Below are positions 20,580-32,105 of a stretch of DNA of 64,000 nt, one piece after another. The DNA is from a bacterium. Lineage in GTDB: Bacteria; Hinthialibacterota; Hinthialibacteria; Hinthialibacterales; Hinthialibacteraceae. The first letter of the stretch is position 1, and every line of letters starts with the position of its first letter. The stretch lies in the NCBI GenBank assembly GCA_963662285.2, contig CAXXMV010000001.1, forward strand, positions 1,189,080 to 1,253,079. The letters are read 5' to 3'. The notes under the pieces were generated by a model. It saw nothing but the letters and a program-made list of their open reading frames with translations, did not search any database and was not told where the DNA came from. Made by a program: the position numbers and the translations under genes.

Positions 20580-22328
20580 ATGATACGCACTATTATTAAT
20601 TATGCATTATTTACTTTGGTCGCAGGGCTGCTTCTCCCGTCACTTTCATCAGCCGACAAGAACCAGCATATCTTCAAAGCGATGGGCGCTCCGGCGGAAC
20701 GTAAAGTTGATGCGTCGTGGAACAGGTTCAACGATACCAAAGGCATCGAGGATATCCTAAGAAAATTAAACCGCGCCTATCCTGAACTCACCAAACTATA
20801 TTCCATCGGTCAGTCGCATGAGGGGCGTGATATCTGGTGCCTCGAAGTAACCAACCGCAAAAACGGCCATCCCGCCCGCAAACCGGGCATGTATATCGAC
20901 GGCAATATCCACGGCAACGAAGTGCAAGCCGGAGAAGTGGTCGCATACACCGCATGGTATTTATGCGAATCCTATGACGAAAACGAAACCGTAGCAGATC
21001 TGCTCGATACATTCGTCTTCTATCTGATACCCACTATCAATCCCGATGGACGCGATCATTGGTTCTATAAAGCCAATACAGCTCATTCATCACGAACCGG
21101 AAAAGTTCCCGTCGATAACGACCGTGATGGTTTAGTCGATGAAGATGATACCGACGACCTGGATGGCAACGGCAGCATTACCCTGATGCGCATCAAGGAT
21201 TCCAATGGAAGGATGAAAAAACACCCTGATTATCCTGAAACCCTGATGGTTGGCGTCAAAAATGACGAACGCGGCGAATACACCATTCTAGGCTGGGAAG
21301 GCATCGACAACGATGGTGATGGCCGCATCAACGAGGACGGCGCCGGAGGTTACGACTCTAACCGCAACTGGGGCTTCGATTGGCAGCCCGAATATGTCCA
21401 GGGCGGCGCCATTGACTATCCCTTCTCCTTACCCAATACCCGCGCCGTAGCGGAATTCGTCCTGGCTCATCCCAATATCGCAGCCATGCAATCCTACCAT
21501 AACGCAGGCGGCATGATCCTGCACGGACCGGGACGCGAAGGCGGCGACATGGAATCCGCCGACGAGCGCGTTCTGAATACCATTGCCCAACGTGGAGAAC
21601 AGATGCTGCCTTTCTACCGCAACCTGGTATGCTGGAAAGACCTTTATTCCGTCTGGGGCGGCGAGTTCGACTGGTTCTATGGAGCGCGGGGCATCCTGTC
21701 CTACACCAACGAACTATGGACGCCGAAGAACATGTTCCGCAACGACCAAACCAGCCAGGAAGCCCAAGCTGATTTTGATAAATATCTGCTCTTAAACGAG
21801 GCCGCTGTTGAATGGAAAGAATACGATCACCCCACATACGGTAAAATCGAAATCGGTGGACAACGCAAGGAGTTCGGACGGGTCCCGCCATCATTCCTCC
21901 TGGAGGAAGAATGTCACCGCAACATGGCCTTCACCCTCTATCACGCATCCTGTATGCCCCGCATCTCCTTCGGCGAATTATCAGTCGAAAAAATCGGGAC
22001 AGACCTGTTTAAGATATGGATCGAAGTATGCAACGACAGCCTCATGCCAACCCGTACCCAACACGAAGCCAAAAATGAAATATCAACGCCTGATATCATT
22101 TCACTTCAAGGCAAGAACATAAAAGTAATCAGTTCCGGTTACATAGAAGACCGCCATTTCAAGAAAGTACAACCCATCCATATCCGCCCCCAACGGGTAA
22201 TGGTTCAATTGGTTCCCGGAATGAGTTCCACTAGAATCCAGTTTATAGCCCAGGGAAAAGGCAAAGCCAAAATCACCTTCGATTCCATCAAAGGTGGTGT
22301 AATAGAGAAAGAGATAACCCTGAAATAA
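20580..22328 (+). CDS. M14 zinc carboxypeptidase
   Basis: Signal peptide; GNIHGNE, INPDGR, DSNRNW, SYHN and TNELW motifs intact; DxDxDG loops. Confidence 0.9.
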   Translation: MIRTIINYALFTLVAGLLLPSLSSADKNQHIFKAMGAPAERKVDASWNRFNDTKGIEDILRKLNRAYPELTKLYSIGQSHEGRDIWCLEVTNRKNGHPARKPGMYIDGNIHGNEVQAGEVVAYTAWYLCESYDENETVADLLDTFVFYLIPTINPDGRDHWFYKANTAHSSRTGKVPVDNDRDGLVDEDDTDDLDGNGSITLMRIKDSNGRMKKHPDYPETLMVGVKNDERGEYTILGWEGIDNDGDGRINEDGAGGYDSNRNWGFDWQPEYVQGGAIDYPFSLPNTRAVAEFVLAHPNIAAMQSYHNAGGMILHGPGREGGDMESADERVLNTIAQRGEQMLPFYRNLVCWKDLYSVWGGEFDWFYGARGILSYTNELWTPKNMFRNDQTSQEAQADFDKYLLLNEAAVEWKEYDHPTYGKIEIGGQRKEFGRVPPSFLLEEECHRNMAFTLYHASCMPRISFGELSVEKIGTDLFKIWIEVCNDSLMPTRTQHEAKNEISTPDIISLQGKNIKVISSGYIEDRHFKKVQPIHIRPQRVMVQLVPGMSSTRIQFIAQGKGKAKITFDSIKGGVIEKEITLK

Positions 22329-22364
22329 GCAATATAGCTTAATGAATTAATTCCGTATTAATCA

Positions 22365-22397
22365 AAGGAGCTGAGAGTCTATCTCAGCTCCTTGTTT
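22365..22397 (+). terminator. Intrinsic terminator
   Basis: aaggagctgaga/tctcagctcctt stem followed by gttt. Confidence 0.75.
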
Positions 22398-22413
22398 GTA
22401 TTAGAACCACCAT

Positions 22414-22440
22414 GTAGGGAGCGCCCCTCGTGAGCGCCCG
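22414..22440 (+). repeat. GTAG-type REP element, second subfamily
   Basis: gtagggagcgcccctcgtgagcgcccg: GTAG followed by an imperfect GC-rich palindrome. Confidence 0.55.
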
Positions 22441-22532
22441 TAATTTCCAGGACTTCAGTCATAATCTCATTCCCGCATCAGGCGCATCCAGATTCATACA
22501 AAAAACGAACTGCCTAAACAAAAGTTCACTAA

Positions 22533-22549
22533 TTGGCACGCTTCTTGCC
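22533..22549 (+). promoter_or_regulatory. Sigma54 (-24/-12) promoter
   Basis: tTGGCACG-cttc-TTGCc matches TGGCACG-N4-TTGC exactly, about 50 nt upstream of ATG 22599. Confidence 0.75.
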
Positions 22550-22598
22550 ATATAACGTTTCCGGAATCAAATAAACTCAACACCCCAGGAGGCTTAAA

Positions 22599-22967
22599 AT
22601 GGTTATGGCAACCGTACTACCAAACGAGTTCGATAAAACAATCCTTGATACTCTCGAACACTGCATTATTAAAATGTCGGAAAAACTCAAAAAAATATTC
22701 GACCCGGATAAGCCTGAATCACAATCATTATTCCGCGTGTTCTGTTCAGCGATCAATACGCGCTCCAGAATAGTTCATAAAATTGTGAAATCGATTGATA
22801 AAGCCAAAATAGAAGTTCAAATAATGGAAAAAGCCAAAACGCTGGTTAATGACCAGCTATCCAGATTAGAAAATACGCCAGCCGGAACAGCTAATGCTTG
22901 TTCCATCCCTCAAAAGACAAAAAAGGGAGGTGGAACGTCGTTCTGGCGCAACAGGAAACTGGCCTGA
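22599..22967 (+). CDS. Hypothetical helical protein
   Basis: AGGAGG RBS, upstream sigma54 motif, 122-codon ORF; no family recognised. Confidence 0.7.
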   Translation: MVMATVLPNEFDKTILDTLEHCIIKMSEKLKKIFDPDKPESQSLFRVFCSAINTRSRIVHKIVKSIDKAKIEVQIMEKAKTLVNDQLSRLENTPAGTANACSIPQKTKKGGGTSFWRNRKLA

Positions 22968-22997
22968 ACCAGGCGGCGTTAAAAAATAAGGGTGCTT

Positions 22998-23633
22998 TTA
23001 TAGTTCCTTGATTCGGATATCTCTGAATCGAATCACGGCGCGGTCATCATGGTTTTGCAGACCTAGATAACCTTGCAGCCTACGGTCACCGGTATGCTCA
23101 ACAACCTTTTCGCCATTGATTATCATGGTGATTAAATGCCCCTGCGCCCGGATTACGGCATGATTCCATTCTCCAGCGGGCTTCAGCACGTTTTTGCTAA
23201 GTCCTACAACATCATATATGCCCGAATTATGCTTATTTACATCTTTGCCATAGCAATCGTAAATCTGCATTTCATATCCGGTGAATGAGGGATTCTTTTC
23301 CGCCGCCGAACGGAAATGGACGCCGCTGTTACTGTTTTTGCTTATGGCGTAATCCAGTTGTAGTTCAAAGTCGTCATACATTTTCTTGGAACGCAGCCAG
23401 GAACCGCAGGTTTCTGGATTGGTCGTCCAGTTACGGCCATTTCGGCCAACCAATACGCCGTTTTCAATAGTCCATTCGCCGCCTTCAACCATATCCCACT
23501 GATCAATATCATTTCCATCAAACAGCGTAACCCATTCATTGCTGCAACGTTGCGAGTTGCACTGGCATCCACTCAAAACCACGCCAACCATAATGCCAAC
23601 AATGATAATTCCCAAAGGAAATCTCTTCTTCAC
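22998..23633 (-). CDS. DUF1080 (3-keto-disaccharide hydrolase-like) lipoprotein
   Basis: Lipobox LSGC; WVTLFDG, NSGVHFR, GYEMQI, GEWN, GLQNH and FRDIRIKEL motifs. Confidence 0.9.
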   Translation of the reverse strand: MKKRFPLGIIIVGIMVGVVLSGCQCNSQRCSNEWVTLFDGNDIDQWDMVEGGEWTIENGVLVGRNGRNWTTNPETCGSWLRSKKMYDDFELQLDYAISKNSNSGVHFRSAAEKNPSFTGYEMQIYDCYGKDVNKHNSGIYDVVGLSKNVLKPAGEWNHAVIRAQGHLITMIINGEKVVEHTGDRRLQGYLGLQNHDDRAVIRFRDIRIKEL

Positions 23634-24109
23634 AATATTTTCTCCTAATACGTATTGGTTAATTTAACATCCAAGTATACGAATAAAATTGGTTCTCATA
23701 TATTGCTACACCTGAAAACGGGTTATCTCTTTAAAAAAACAGATAATTTTCCATAATTTTGAGACAAAAGTGTAAACTATGCGCCCGGTCATTCACAAGA
23801 GGGGGTTGTTTTCAATAACCTAAGGTTTTTCACTTGGCGTTATAAACATAATTTAATAGTGGTTTTTAGTCTTATAGGTGGATTCAATCAAGAGTAAAAA
23901 ATACAATGCCCTTGACGCCCACCCCGTCCATCCTTGCCGCCTGTCTAGGGACAAATCCAAGCGCTATTCTTGAGATATAAACTCTACAATTTTTCATTAA
24001 ATGACTACCAAGACACAGAGATTATGGTATCTTGGGTGTTGATAATAACTTAAATTTAATGCGAGTTTGATTTCGTATACAATGACATAGAAAACGGAGT
24101 TAATTCACC

Positions 24110-27100
24110 ATGAACATCTCAAGAGTTGTTTTTCTTATTCTTCTTACCACCAATATTTTTTTTACGGCGCATTCAATATCTGCAATGGAGACGTTTCAAA
24201 CACTTGCTAAACCGCAGCCATCAAACGAGGTGGTTGGAGATCGGCCTTATGAGATGGTAAGAGCCAATCGAACTCCTCTACGAAAGCCACTTATTAATTT
24301 TGATTCCCTGACTGGTTGGACGTTGCAAGGCATAAATGGCGCCGTTGGCGACCTTTTTGAATCCCAGCGTCAACGAGTGTGGGATTCACCTGTCGCCAGA
24401 TTGATTTACCGTGGGGAATCCAAAGAAAGTGAAATTACTATTCGCCCTCCAAAACCTATTCCTATTCCACAATCCGTTAACGCTCTCACCTTGTGGATGT
24501 ATGGAAACAATTGGGGTTGGGTTCCCGATCCCACCACCCCCCGTGTTGATGTGTTTCTTCTGTTTCAAGACAGGAATGGGGAAAAAGAACCTTTGAATAT
24601 TACTAACGTCAGGTGGAAAGAGTGGTGGCTGATTCATAAAATTCTTCCTGCTTCACTTTTGGATATAGACTCTTTGTCATTCGTCGGCATCCAAATTCGT
24701 GGTTGCGCGAATAAAGAAGATCGTGAACTTTATTTTGAAGACTTGGTTTTTTTTCAGGAATCCCTGGAACCGTTGACTTTTCAATCCCGCCCCAAGCGAA
24801 ATATCAAACCGTTCCCCGGTCAGTCCCATGGAGCAAACACCGGGCCAGGGACATTGCCTTTTCCAACACGCGAAGAAACCATTTTGCCGGAAAATTATGA
24901 GAAGGATTTCCGGACAGAATTAAAAATCGAAAACAATCGATACATCTTTCGGTATAAAGACAGCAACGCAGTTCTTGAGTATATTCTTGATGCTGACAAA
25001 ACCTTCTTTAGTGGAATTGAAGTTTGTTTGAATGGTAAACAAGCAGCCATAGTATGGAATGATGGCGGCCCGAAATTCGAGAAGGAATTAAGAGATATTC
25101 GTTTGCTTCGAGTCGATAAATTGGAGCAGAATGTAATCAAAGGCATCTGGAAAGGAATTGTGAAGGATAGTGAAGTTCAGATCGAAATGACAGCCCGTCT
25201 CTGGCAAAAGTCATTGGTGCTGGATGTTTTATGTCCGGGTGGAAAAGCAACTGAGTTTTCCTATGGATATATAACCAACATAAATCAACCTGAATTACTG
25301 GCGCAGCCCTTTCTGAATTATGGTGGACATCATCTTAATGTTCTCATGTCGAAGAGCGAAAATCCTTTCTTTGCTTCTATCTGGATGGATTGGTATCGAT
25401 CGAATGCTTCCAAACCCTATGCGCTTGACCAAATCAAAGATAACCGAATTTTTCTAAATGGCGGAGTCCGATATCTTCCCAAAACGGATGGCGCCCGGAA
25501 CGATCTTTTTGAACGCGTTTTCATAACCTTTTCACCTAAATTTGAAGAAACGCTTCTTACTATCCCCAATCCTCCCGCCAAGCGGGGCAAGGAAGCGGCA
25601 ACCCGATTGTGGCAGGAAAGTTGGGGACCGGCGGATTACGCAATAGAACATAAACGCAGCAAAAAGTTGCGCGCCTATGGCATCAAAATGTTGACCCAAT
25701 GCAACCATGAAATCACCTGGAGGGATTCGGGAGAAAGTTTCACCTTCCGGACATACTCAGCTCCCGGAAAAGGTGGAGATGAAGCATTAAAACAATATGT
25801 GGCTAATCAGCGGTCGCTTGGATGGCGCTCAGGGCTTTATACGAATTATTGCGACTTTACTCCCACGAACGAACATTGGGATATCGATATGGTGATGCGT
25901 AATCCGGATGGCAACCTAGTTACCGCCTGGCCGCGGTGTTATTCTCCGAAAGCGCTATACGCTGTGGAAAAAGACCGTGAACTTGCTCCACTCATTCAAA
26001 AAAAGTTCAACACAAACGCCGCTTACACGGATGTGCACACGTCGGTATCTCCCTGGGATCGTTGCGACTTCGATGCGCGAGCGCCTGGAGCGGGAACCTT
26101 CGCCGCAACTTTTTACGCTTATGGCGAGCTCTTGTTGCACGATCAAGATGTTTATGATGGTCATTGCTGGTCGGAAGGTAATCATCAGTGGCTTTCAGCC
26201 GGTTTATGCACCGGCAATTACGGATTGACCTATAGCAACATGCGTCTTTGGAAAGAGCCGTATTTACCCCATTTTGATTTACTTAAAATGCATCCTCTGA
26301 GCGTGGACATGGGAGTTCCTTGGACGGCGCGTTTCTTTGAAGGTAAGGAAGGGTGGAATTCCAATGAGAATATCGTGCAAAGCATCGATCAATTCATCGC
26401 GGCTACGATTGCTTACGGCCATATTGGTTGGTTAGTTGAGGAAGCTTGCGGGATACGGCAAACTTGCCGTTCTTATTATATGCTGCAACAACTCCAAAGC
26501 CGTTACGCGATGGAAAAACCTGTAATCATTCAATATGGAACCAATGAAGGATTGCTCAATTCATCCAAAGCGCTGTTAACGGGAGCATGGAAACAGAATT
26601 GGTTTTATATTCAATACGAAAATGGAGTTGCGATTTGGATAAATGGTAATCCAAATGAAACATGGACTATTGAACGAAACGGTGAAATATACCAAATTCC
26701 TTCTTACGGGTGGATGGCTGTTCAAGGAAAAGACTTTTTCACTGGATCATTATTGAAAAATAATGAACGTTTCGATTTGGTCAGTTCTCCTGAATATGTA
26801 TTTCTTGATGGGCGTGGAACATATCGAGAATGCGATGGGATCGGCGCGGAAGGATCGGTTGCGGTCATCTGGCCGGAATCAAAAGAAGGGCTTTCGATTA
26901 TCTCTGTTGAGGGAGTGAAAAAACTTTCGATTGGAACCGCAGACTGTCAATTCAACCGAAACGATATCCGTGCAGAAATTTCACGAATCCATCAAGCAAA
27001 AGCGATTTCAATTGATGCTTTCGATATCAATGAAGATGCAGTATATGACCAGCAACACGTCTTAAATAATAAAAACGCGGAGGGCAATTGGGAAATTCCA

Positions 27101-27145
27101 ACCGTTGAAAATGCGATCCGGTATGAAATTCGCTTTAAGGATTGA
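24110..27145 (+). CDS. Large secreted hypothetical protein, possible glycoside hydrolase (GH101/DUF5696-like barrel)
   Basis: Signal peptide; central region GGDEALK...GLYTNYCD...AYTDVHTS...SEG resembles GH101/GH129-like barrels. Confidence 0.5.
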   Translation: MNISRVVFLILLTTNIFFTAHSISAMETFQTLAKPQPSNEVVGDRPYEMVRANRTPLRKPLINFDSLTGWTLQGINGAVGDLFESQRQRVWDSPVARLIYRGESKESEITIRPPKPIPIPQSVNALTLWMYGNNWGWVPDPTTPRVDVFLLFQDRNGEKEPLNITNVRWKEWWLIHKILPASLLDIDSLSFVGIQIRGCANKEDRELYFEDLVFFQESLEPLTFQSRPKRNIKPFPGQSHGANTGPGTLPFPTREETILPENYEKDFRTELKIENNRYIFRYKDSNAVLEYILDADKTFFSGIEVCLNGKQAAIVWNDGGPKFEKELRDIRLLRVDKLEQNVIKGIWKGIVKDSEVQIEMTARLWQKSLVLDVLCPGGKATEFSYGYITNINQPELLAQPFLNYGGHHLNVLMSKSENPFFASIWMDWYRSNASKPYALDQIKDNRIFLNGGVRYLPKTDGARNDLFERVFITFSPKFEETLLTIPNPPAKRGKEAATRLWQESWGPADYAIEHKRSKKLRAYGIKMLTQCNHEITWRDSGESFTFRTYSAPGKGGDEALKQYVANQRSLGWRSGLYTNYCDFTPTNEHWDIDMVMRNPDGNLVTAWPRCYSPKALYAVEKDRELAPLIQKKFNTNAAYTDVHTSVSPWDRCDFDARAPGAGTFAATFYAYGELLLHDQDVYDGHCWSEGNHQWLSAGLCTGNYGLTYSNMRLWKEPYLPHFDLLKMHPLSVDMGVPWTARFFEGKEGWNSNENIVQSIDQFIAATIAYGHIGWLVEEACGIRQTCRSYYMLQQLQSRYAMEKPVIIQYGTNEGLLNSSKALLTGAWKQNWFYIQYENGVAIWINGNPNETWTIERNGEIYQIPSYGWMAVQGKDFFTGSLLKNNERFDLVSSPEYVFLDGRGTYRECDGIGAEGSVAVIWPESKEGLSIISVEGVKKLSIGTADCQFNRNDIRAEISRIHQAKAISIDAFDINEDAVYDQQHVLNNKNAEGNWEIPTVENAIRYEIRFKD

Positions 27146-27157
27146 AAGTGAAGAGTA

Positions 27158-27883
27158 TCAGTTGAATGCGACGGATTTGGCGGCGTAAAATCTTTTTTTG
27201 GTCGCGGGATCAATTGAGGTTAATTCGATCAGGTACTGGCTGCCGGACAATTGGAGCACCGAGAAGGATGCAATATTGTCACACAGTATATTTGGAATGC
27301 TGGTTGATGAGTTTTCGCCAAAATTATCTTCTATCTGATAGACTGTGTTATCTCTTAGAGAATAAGATAACCGGCGGTTAATAATCCAATACATTCTAGA
27401 AAAAGCATCATTGATGCCCTGAGCCTGAATCTGCCCGGTTGAATTGTTAATGGATTTGATGACTAAAACATCTGGATGGTTATTAAAGGGATTAAATACG
27501 ATCTTCATATTATTTTCTATGCTTGATATTTTAGGATTATGATAATCAGTAATGTGGTTCGCCGTGACCCGGTCCGCTATTCCTGCGGAAAAGACCTGAT
27601 CGAAAGATAGGCTTATCGGATTTAATTTAATCTCAATTGACGTAGGCAAAGCGGAAGAAAACTCACGGGTCATTTGAGTTAGAGTGGTATTCAAGCGTGA
27701 AGTATGGATTGATTGGTTTCTGCCTTCAACATAATTTCTGGTGATCAGGCCGATCAGAACCGCCGACACCGCACAGATTATTCCCAGAATCGTCAGTGAA
27801 ACGATCAATTCCATCAATGTCGCGGCTCTGGTTAAATGTTGGTCAGAACCGTGGATAGCACAGTGCTGTTGTTGGCGCCCCAT
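27158..27883 (-). CDS. Minor pilin, MshO-like
   Basis: Pilin helix ATLMELIVSLTILGII; MTREFSSALPTSI resembles MshO R.L..ALPNS. Start codon uncertain. Confidence 0.75.
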   Translation of the reverse strand: MGRQQQHCAIHGSDQHLTRAATLMELIVSLTILGIICAVSAVLIGLITRNYVEGRNQSIHTSRLNTTLTQMTREFSSALPTSIEIKLNPISLSFDQVFSAGIADRVTANHITDYHNPKISSIENNMKIVFNPFNNHPDVLVIKSINNSTGQIQAQGINDAFSRMYWIINRRLSYSLRDNTVYQIEDNFGENSSTSIPNILCDNIASFSVLQLSGSQYLIELTSIDPATKKRFYAAKSVAFN

Positions 27884-28350
27884 TTTATACTCACGGTAAT
27901 CCTTTTAATATTTGTTGGAGTGCTGCTCGGAGTAGTTTCTCCAAATTGTACGAAGTTAACTTTTATTGCTGCCGAATAAATAGAAAAAGCAGGATTCATC
28001 GGTTCTCCATTTTTGAATTTATGTCCACCAGATGCGGTAAAGCCGTTATAGTCGTCGCAATCATCGTAATCAGCGCGGGCGGATTCTTCCGCTCCCAGTG
28101 AGGCGACAGTTAGAGGAACGCAAACGCCCTCTGAGGCCATGCGTGATGAAGCCTCATCCCAGCGTCCGGTGGACATAACTTCATTAAGATATATCTCCGC
28201 TAACGCAGACGCGTTATGCAATTGATAGGCGTAGGCCAATTGATTCATGCCCTGGACGAATATCAGCGCAAATATCCCGATGATAATAGCCAGCAGGGTA
28301 ATCGATACTATCAGTTCGACTAATGTATAGGCGGAAGATTTGGTTTTCAA
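27832..28350 (-). CDS. Minor pilin, MshD-like
   Basis: YTLVELIVSI helix; ALAEIYLNEV and RADYDDCDDYNG resemble the MshD R..FDDVDDY.G motif; KRITVSI. Confidence 0.8.
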   Translation of the reverse strand: MKTKSSAYTLVELIVSITLLAIIIGIFALIFVQGMNQLAYAYQLHNASALAEIYLNEVMSTGRWDEASSRMASEGVCVPLTVASLGAEESARADYDDCDDYNGFTASGGHKFKNGEPMNPAFSIYSAAIKVNFVQFGETTPSSTPTNIKRITVSIKWGANNSTVLSTVLTNI

Positions 28351-28803
28351 TTATGTATATATCCCGTTAAAGGTTCGATAGTGATAGTTTCCGTCCTTTG
28401 ACCTGATTGCAATGTTATTACAACTGCATCTTGATAAACCTTGCTCTGCCGGTTGACTGGCCGACCCAATGCATCAAACAAGATTATATCATCATTCATG
28501 GTTGTATTGATTGTATTGACTTGCAATCTTGCTTCTAATGGTTGTTTTTCAAAGTGGTCTTTTTGGCCAGGCTCTAATGGAAAAGAGATGCCCGTATATT
28601 CTTTGTTTGGAAGATTGAATTGAAGCCCGACATTTTGACGGGTTGCAAGAGCCAATTGCTTGGCTTGCCACAGATGCATCTCCAACTGCGTGGCGGCGCT
28701 ATGAATATAAATGCCGCTGAAGTTCAAGCGTAGACCAATCAGCCCCCCCAGTATACCGATAATAAAAATAACCACTATAAGTTCCACCAGCGTAACGCCC
28801 CGG

Positions 28804-28820
<17 letters not shown>
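28347..28820 (-). CDS. Minor pilin, MshC/GspH/FimT-like
   Basis: NRG|VTLVELIVVI leader; ILFDALGRP and EPLTGYI motifs. Confidence 0.8.
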
Positions 28821-30273
<1,453 letters not shown>

Positions 30274-30281
30274 TCTAAATG

Positions 30282-30674
30282 CTATTTACGGCTTAAAGAC
30301 GCAGGCGTGTCGTTCGTTTCCGCAGTGATGGTTATAACGGTTTTATCTTGAATAGTAACCGTTTTGGATGACCCGGTTACGCCTTCGGGAAAACCACCAT
30401 CCAAATAATATTCCAGTGAATCCGCATCAGTAATGTATTGATCATCACCAGTACCGGTCTTTTCCAGTTGTCCGGCGCGGTGTTTGGCAAAAGCCATTGA
30501 GCAAGCTGATTTCATAGCGCCATAGGTTCCATCGGCGGCAACTTTTTTAGCGTCTTCCGTAATACTCAGGAATTTAGGCACTGCGATTGCGGCGATGATT
30601 CCCAGAATGACCAGCACAATGATGATTTCGATAAATGTGAATCCCGCCTGATTTGATCTTTTAGCAATTTTCAT
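30282..30674 (-). CDS. Major type IVa pilin, MshA-like
   Basis: QAG|FTFIEIIIVLVILGIIAAIAVPKF...DAK...GAMKSA matches MshA-type pilins; GGAGG RBS. Confidence 0.9.
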   Translation of the reverse strand: MKIAKRSNQAGFTFIEIIIVLVILGIIAAIAVPKFLSITEDAKKVAADGTYGAMKSACSMAFAKHRAGQLEKTGTGDDQYITDADSLEYYLDGGFPEGVTGSSKTVTIQDKTVITITAETNDTPASLSRK

Positions 30675-30754
30675 TTTGAAGCCTCCATAATATGATATTA
30701 ATTATATACTTCGATTCCATTAATACAGAATTTTTGTAATTATATATCTTTATA

Positions 30755-30771
30755 TACAATATCCGTGCCAA
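30755..30771 (-). promoter_or_regulatory. Probable sigma54 promoter of the pilin operon
   Basis: Minus strand reads tTGGCACG-gata-TTGTA, about 80 nt upstream of the pilin ATG; one mismatch in the -12 element. Confidence 0.65.
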
Positions 30772-31151
30772 TCTTGTACATGATGAATACTAACAAAAAA
30801 CGATGCAATATATAACTTATAGTTGCAATACCAGGCAACCCGTATCATGGTTTCTTGTCTATTCAAAGAATTATATGATAAAACAACTTGCAGTTTGATA
30901 GCGGCTCTTTCAATTTGCGAGAAGAAAACCGATATCTCTCTTTATTAGTGTAATGAAATTTTATGATAAAATATCTTTCTGCTATCTTTTATTTAAATTA
31001 TTTATATATAATAATGGATATTGCATTAAAATAAAGGCAAAATCAGATATATTTGGCTAAAATTTGTATGTTCTTCACAACAATATATTAAAGTAATTTA
31101 TGACCGGTTCAAGCGGATTTATGTTCATAAACGTCATAATTGGAATAATAA

Positions 31152-32105
31152 ATGAGTTTTCTTTGGTGGAAAAAAAGTTCAGTGGCGACAGGAATAGATT
31201 CAGGTCATTCCGCACTGAAAATTGTTACTATCGAACAGAATAATGCTGCTCCTTGCATTAAAAAAAAATTACTGGTTAATTTGGGAGATATTCCACTGAA
31301 TGGAAAAAATATTAAAAATATTTTATCCAGAGAAAATAAAAAACATAACATGATGGCTTCATTGCCGTCTTCAAAACTGGATGTTCATTATATTTCATTA
31401 CCTTATATGCCGGAAAATGATCTGCGTAAAATGATTGCGTTTGAGATCGAAAAAAGAATTGAATATCCCATCAATGATGTGTGCTTCGATTACACCCATA
31501 CCGAATCTCATAAAGGTTCTAGTTCTAATCAGACCAATCTGATTGTATTCGTATGCCGCAGAGCAGATGTGACGGAATATCTGGATCAAATAGCAGATTT
31601 TTTACAGCCCATAAACATAGTCGATGTAGTCTCAATGGCTCTTATGAATTTATATTCTTTTACGATTCCTGATTTTACTAAGCAGACCATGATCGGGCTT
31701 GATATCGGTAAAAGCGGCGCCAATATTGTTATTGCGAAAAATGGACGTCTGTTCTTTACCCGTTTTATTCCATATTATTCTAACAACGATGAGTTAAATA
31801 ATTGCATGGACGCTGTATTTCTAGATGATCTTTCAAATGAAATTCTGCTTACCATGCAGCATTGTTCAATCCAATACCGGTTTAATTCAGATCAAGTGAA
31901 TCAAGTTGTATTGACAGGCGGCAGAGCGCTTTCTCCCGATATAGGGGATTCTTTAACATCAAAGTTGGATATTTCATGTTCGTTATTGGATTTGTCAGCA
32001 CTCAATTTTTATGATAACAGCGCTTCCCTAATAAACGGAGATGAGGCGCCCCGTTATGCGGTTGCCGCGGGACTTGCGTTACGGCAAATGAATGAAAAAT
32101 CATGA
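31152..32105 (+). CDS. pilM: Type IV pilus alignment protein PilM/MshI-like
   Basis: GIDSGHSALK, GLDIG, VVLTGG and YAVAAGLALR actin-like motifs. Confidence 0.85.
   Translation: MSFLWWKKSSVATGIDSGHSALKIVTIEQNNAAPCIKKKLLVNLGDIPLNGKNIKNILSRENKKHNMMASLPSSKLDVHYISLPYMPENDLRKMIAFEIEKRIEYPINDVCFDYTHTESHKGSSSNQTNLIVFVCRRADVTEYLDQIADFLQPINIVDVVSMALMNLYSFTIPDFTKQTMIGLDIGKSGANIVIAKNGRLFFTRFIPYYSNNDELNNCMDAVFLDDLSNEILLTMQHCSIQYRFNSDQVNQVVLTGGRALSPDIGDSLTSKLDISCSLLDLSALNFYDNSASLINGDEAPRYAVAAGLALRQMNEKS

Noticed and set aside
30282-30674. Conductive (e-pilin) interpretation of the major pilin
   Set aside because: Mature length is about 119 aa with few aromatic residues, and no cytochrome genes are nearby.
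31052-31068. Possible sigma54 site upstream of pilM (tggctaaaatttgt)
   Set aside because: GG-to-GC spacing is off by one and the -24 box is poor.
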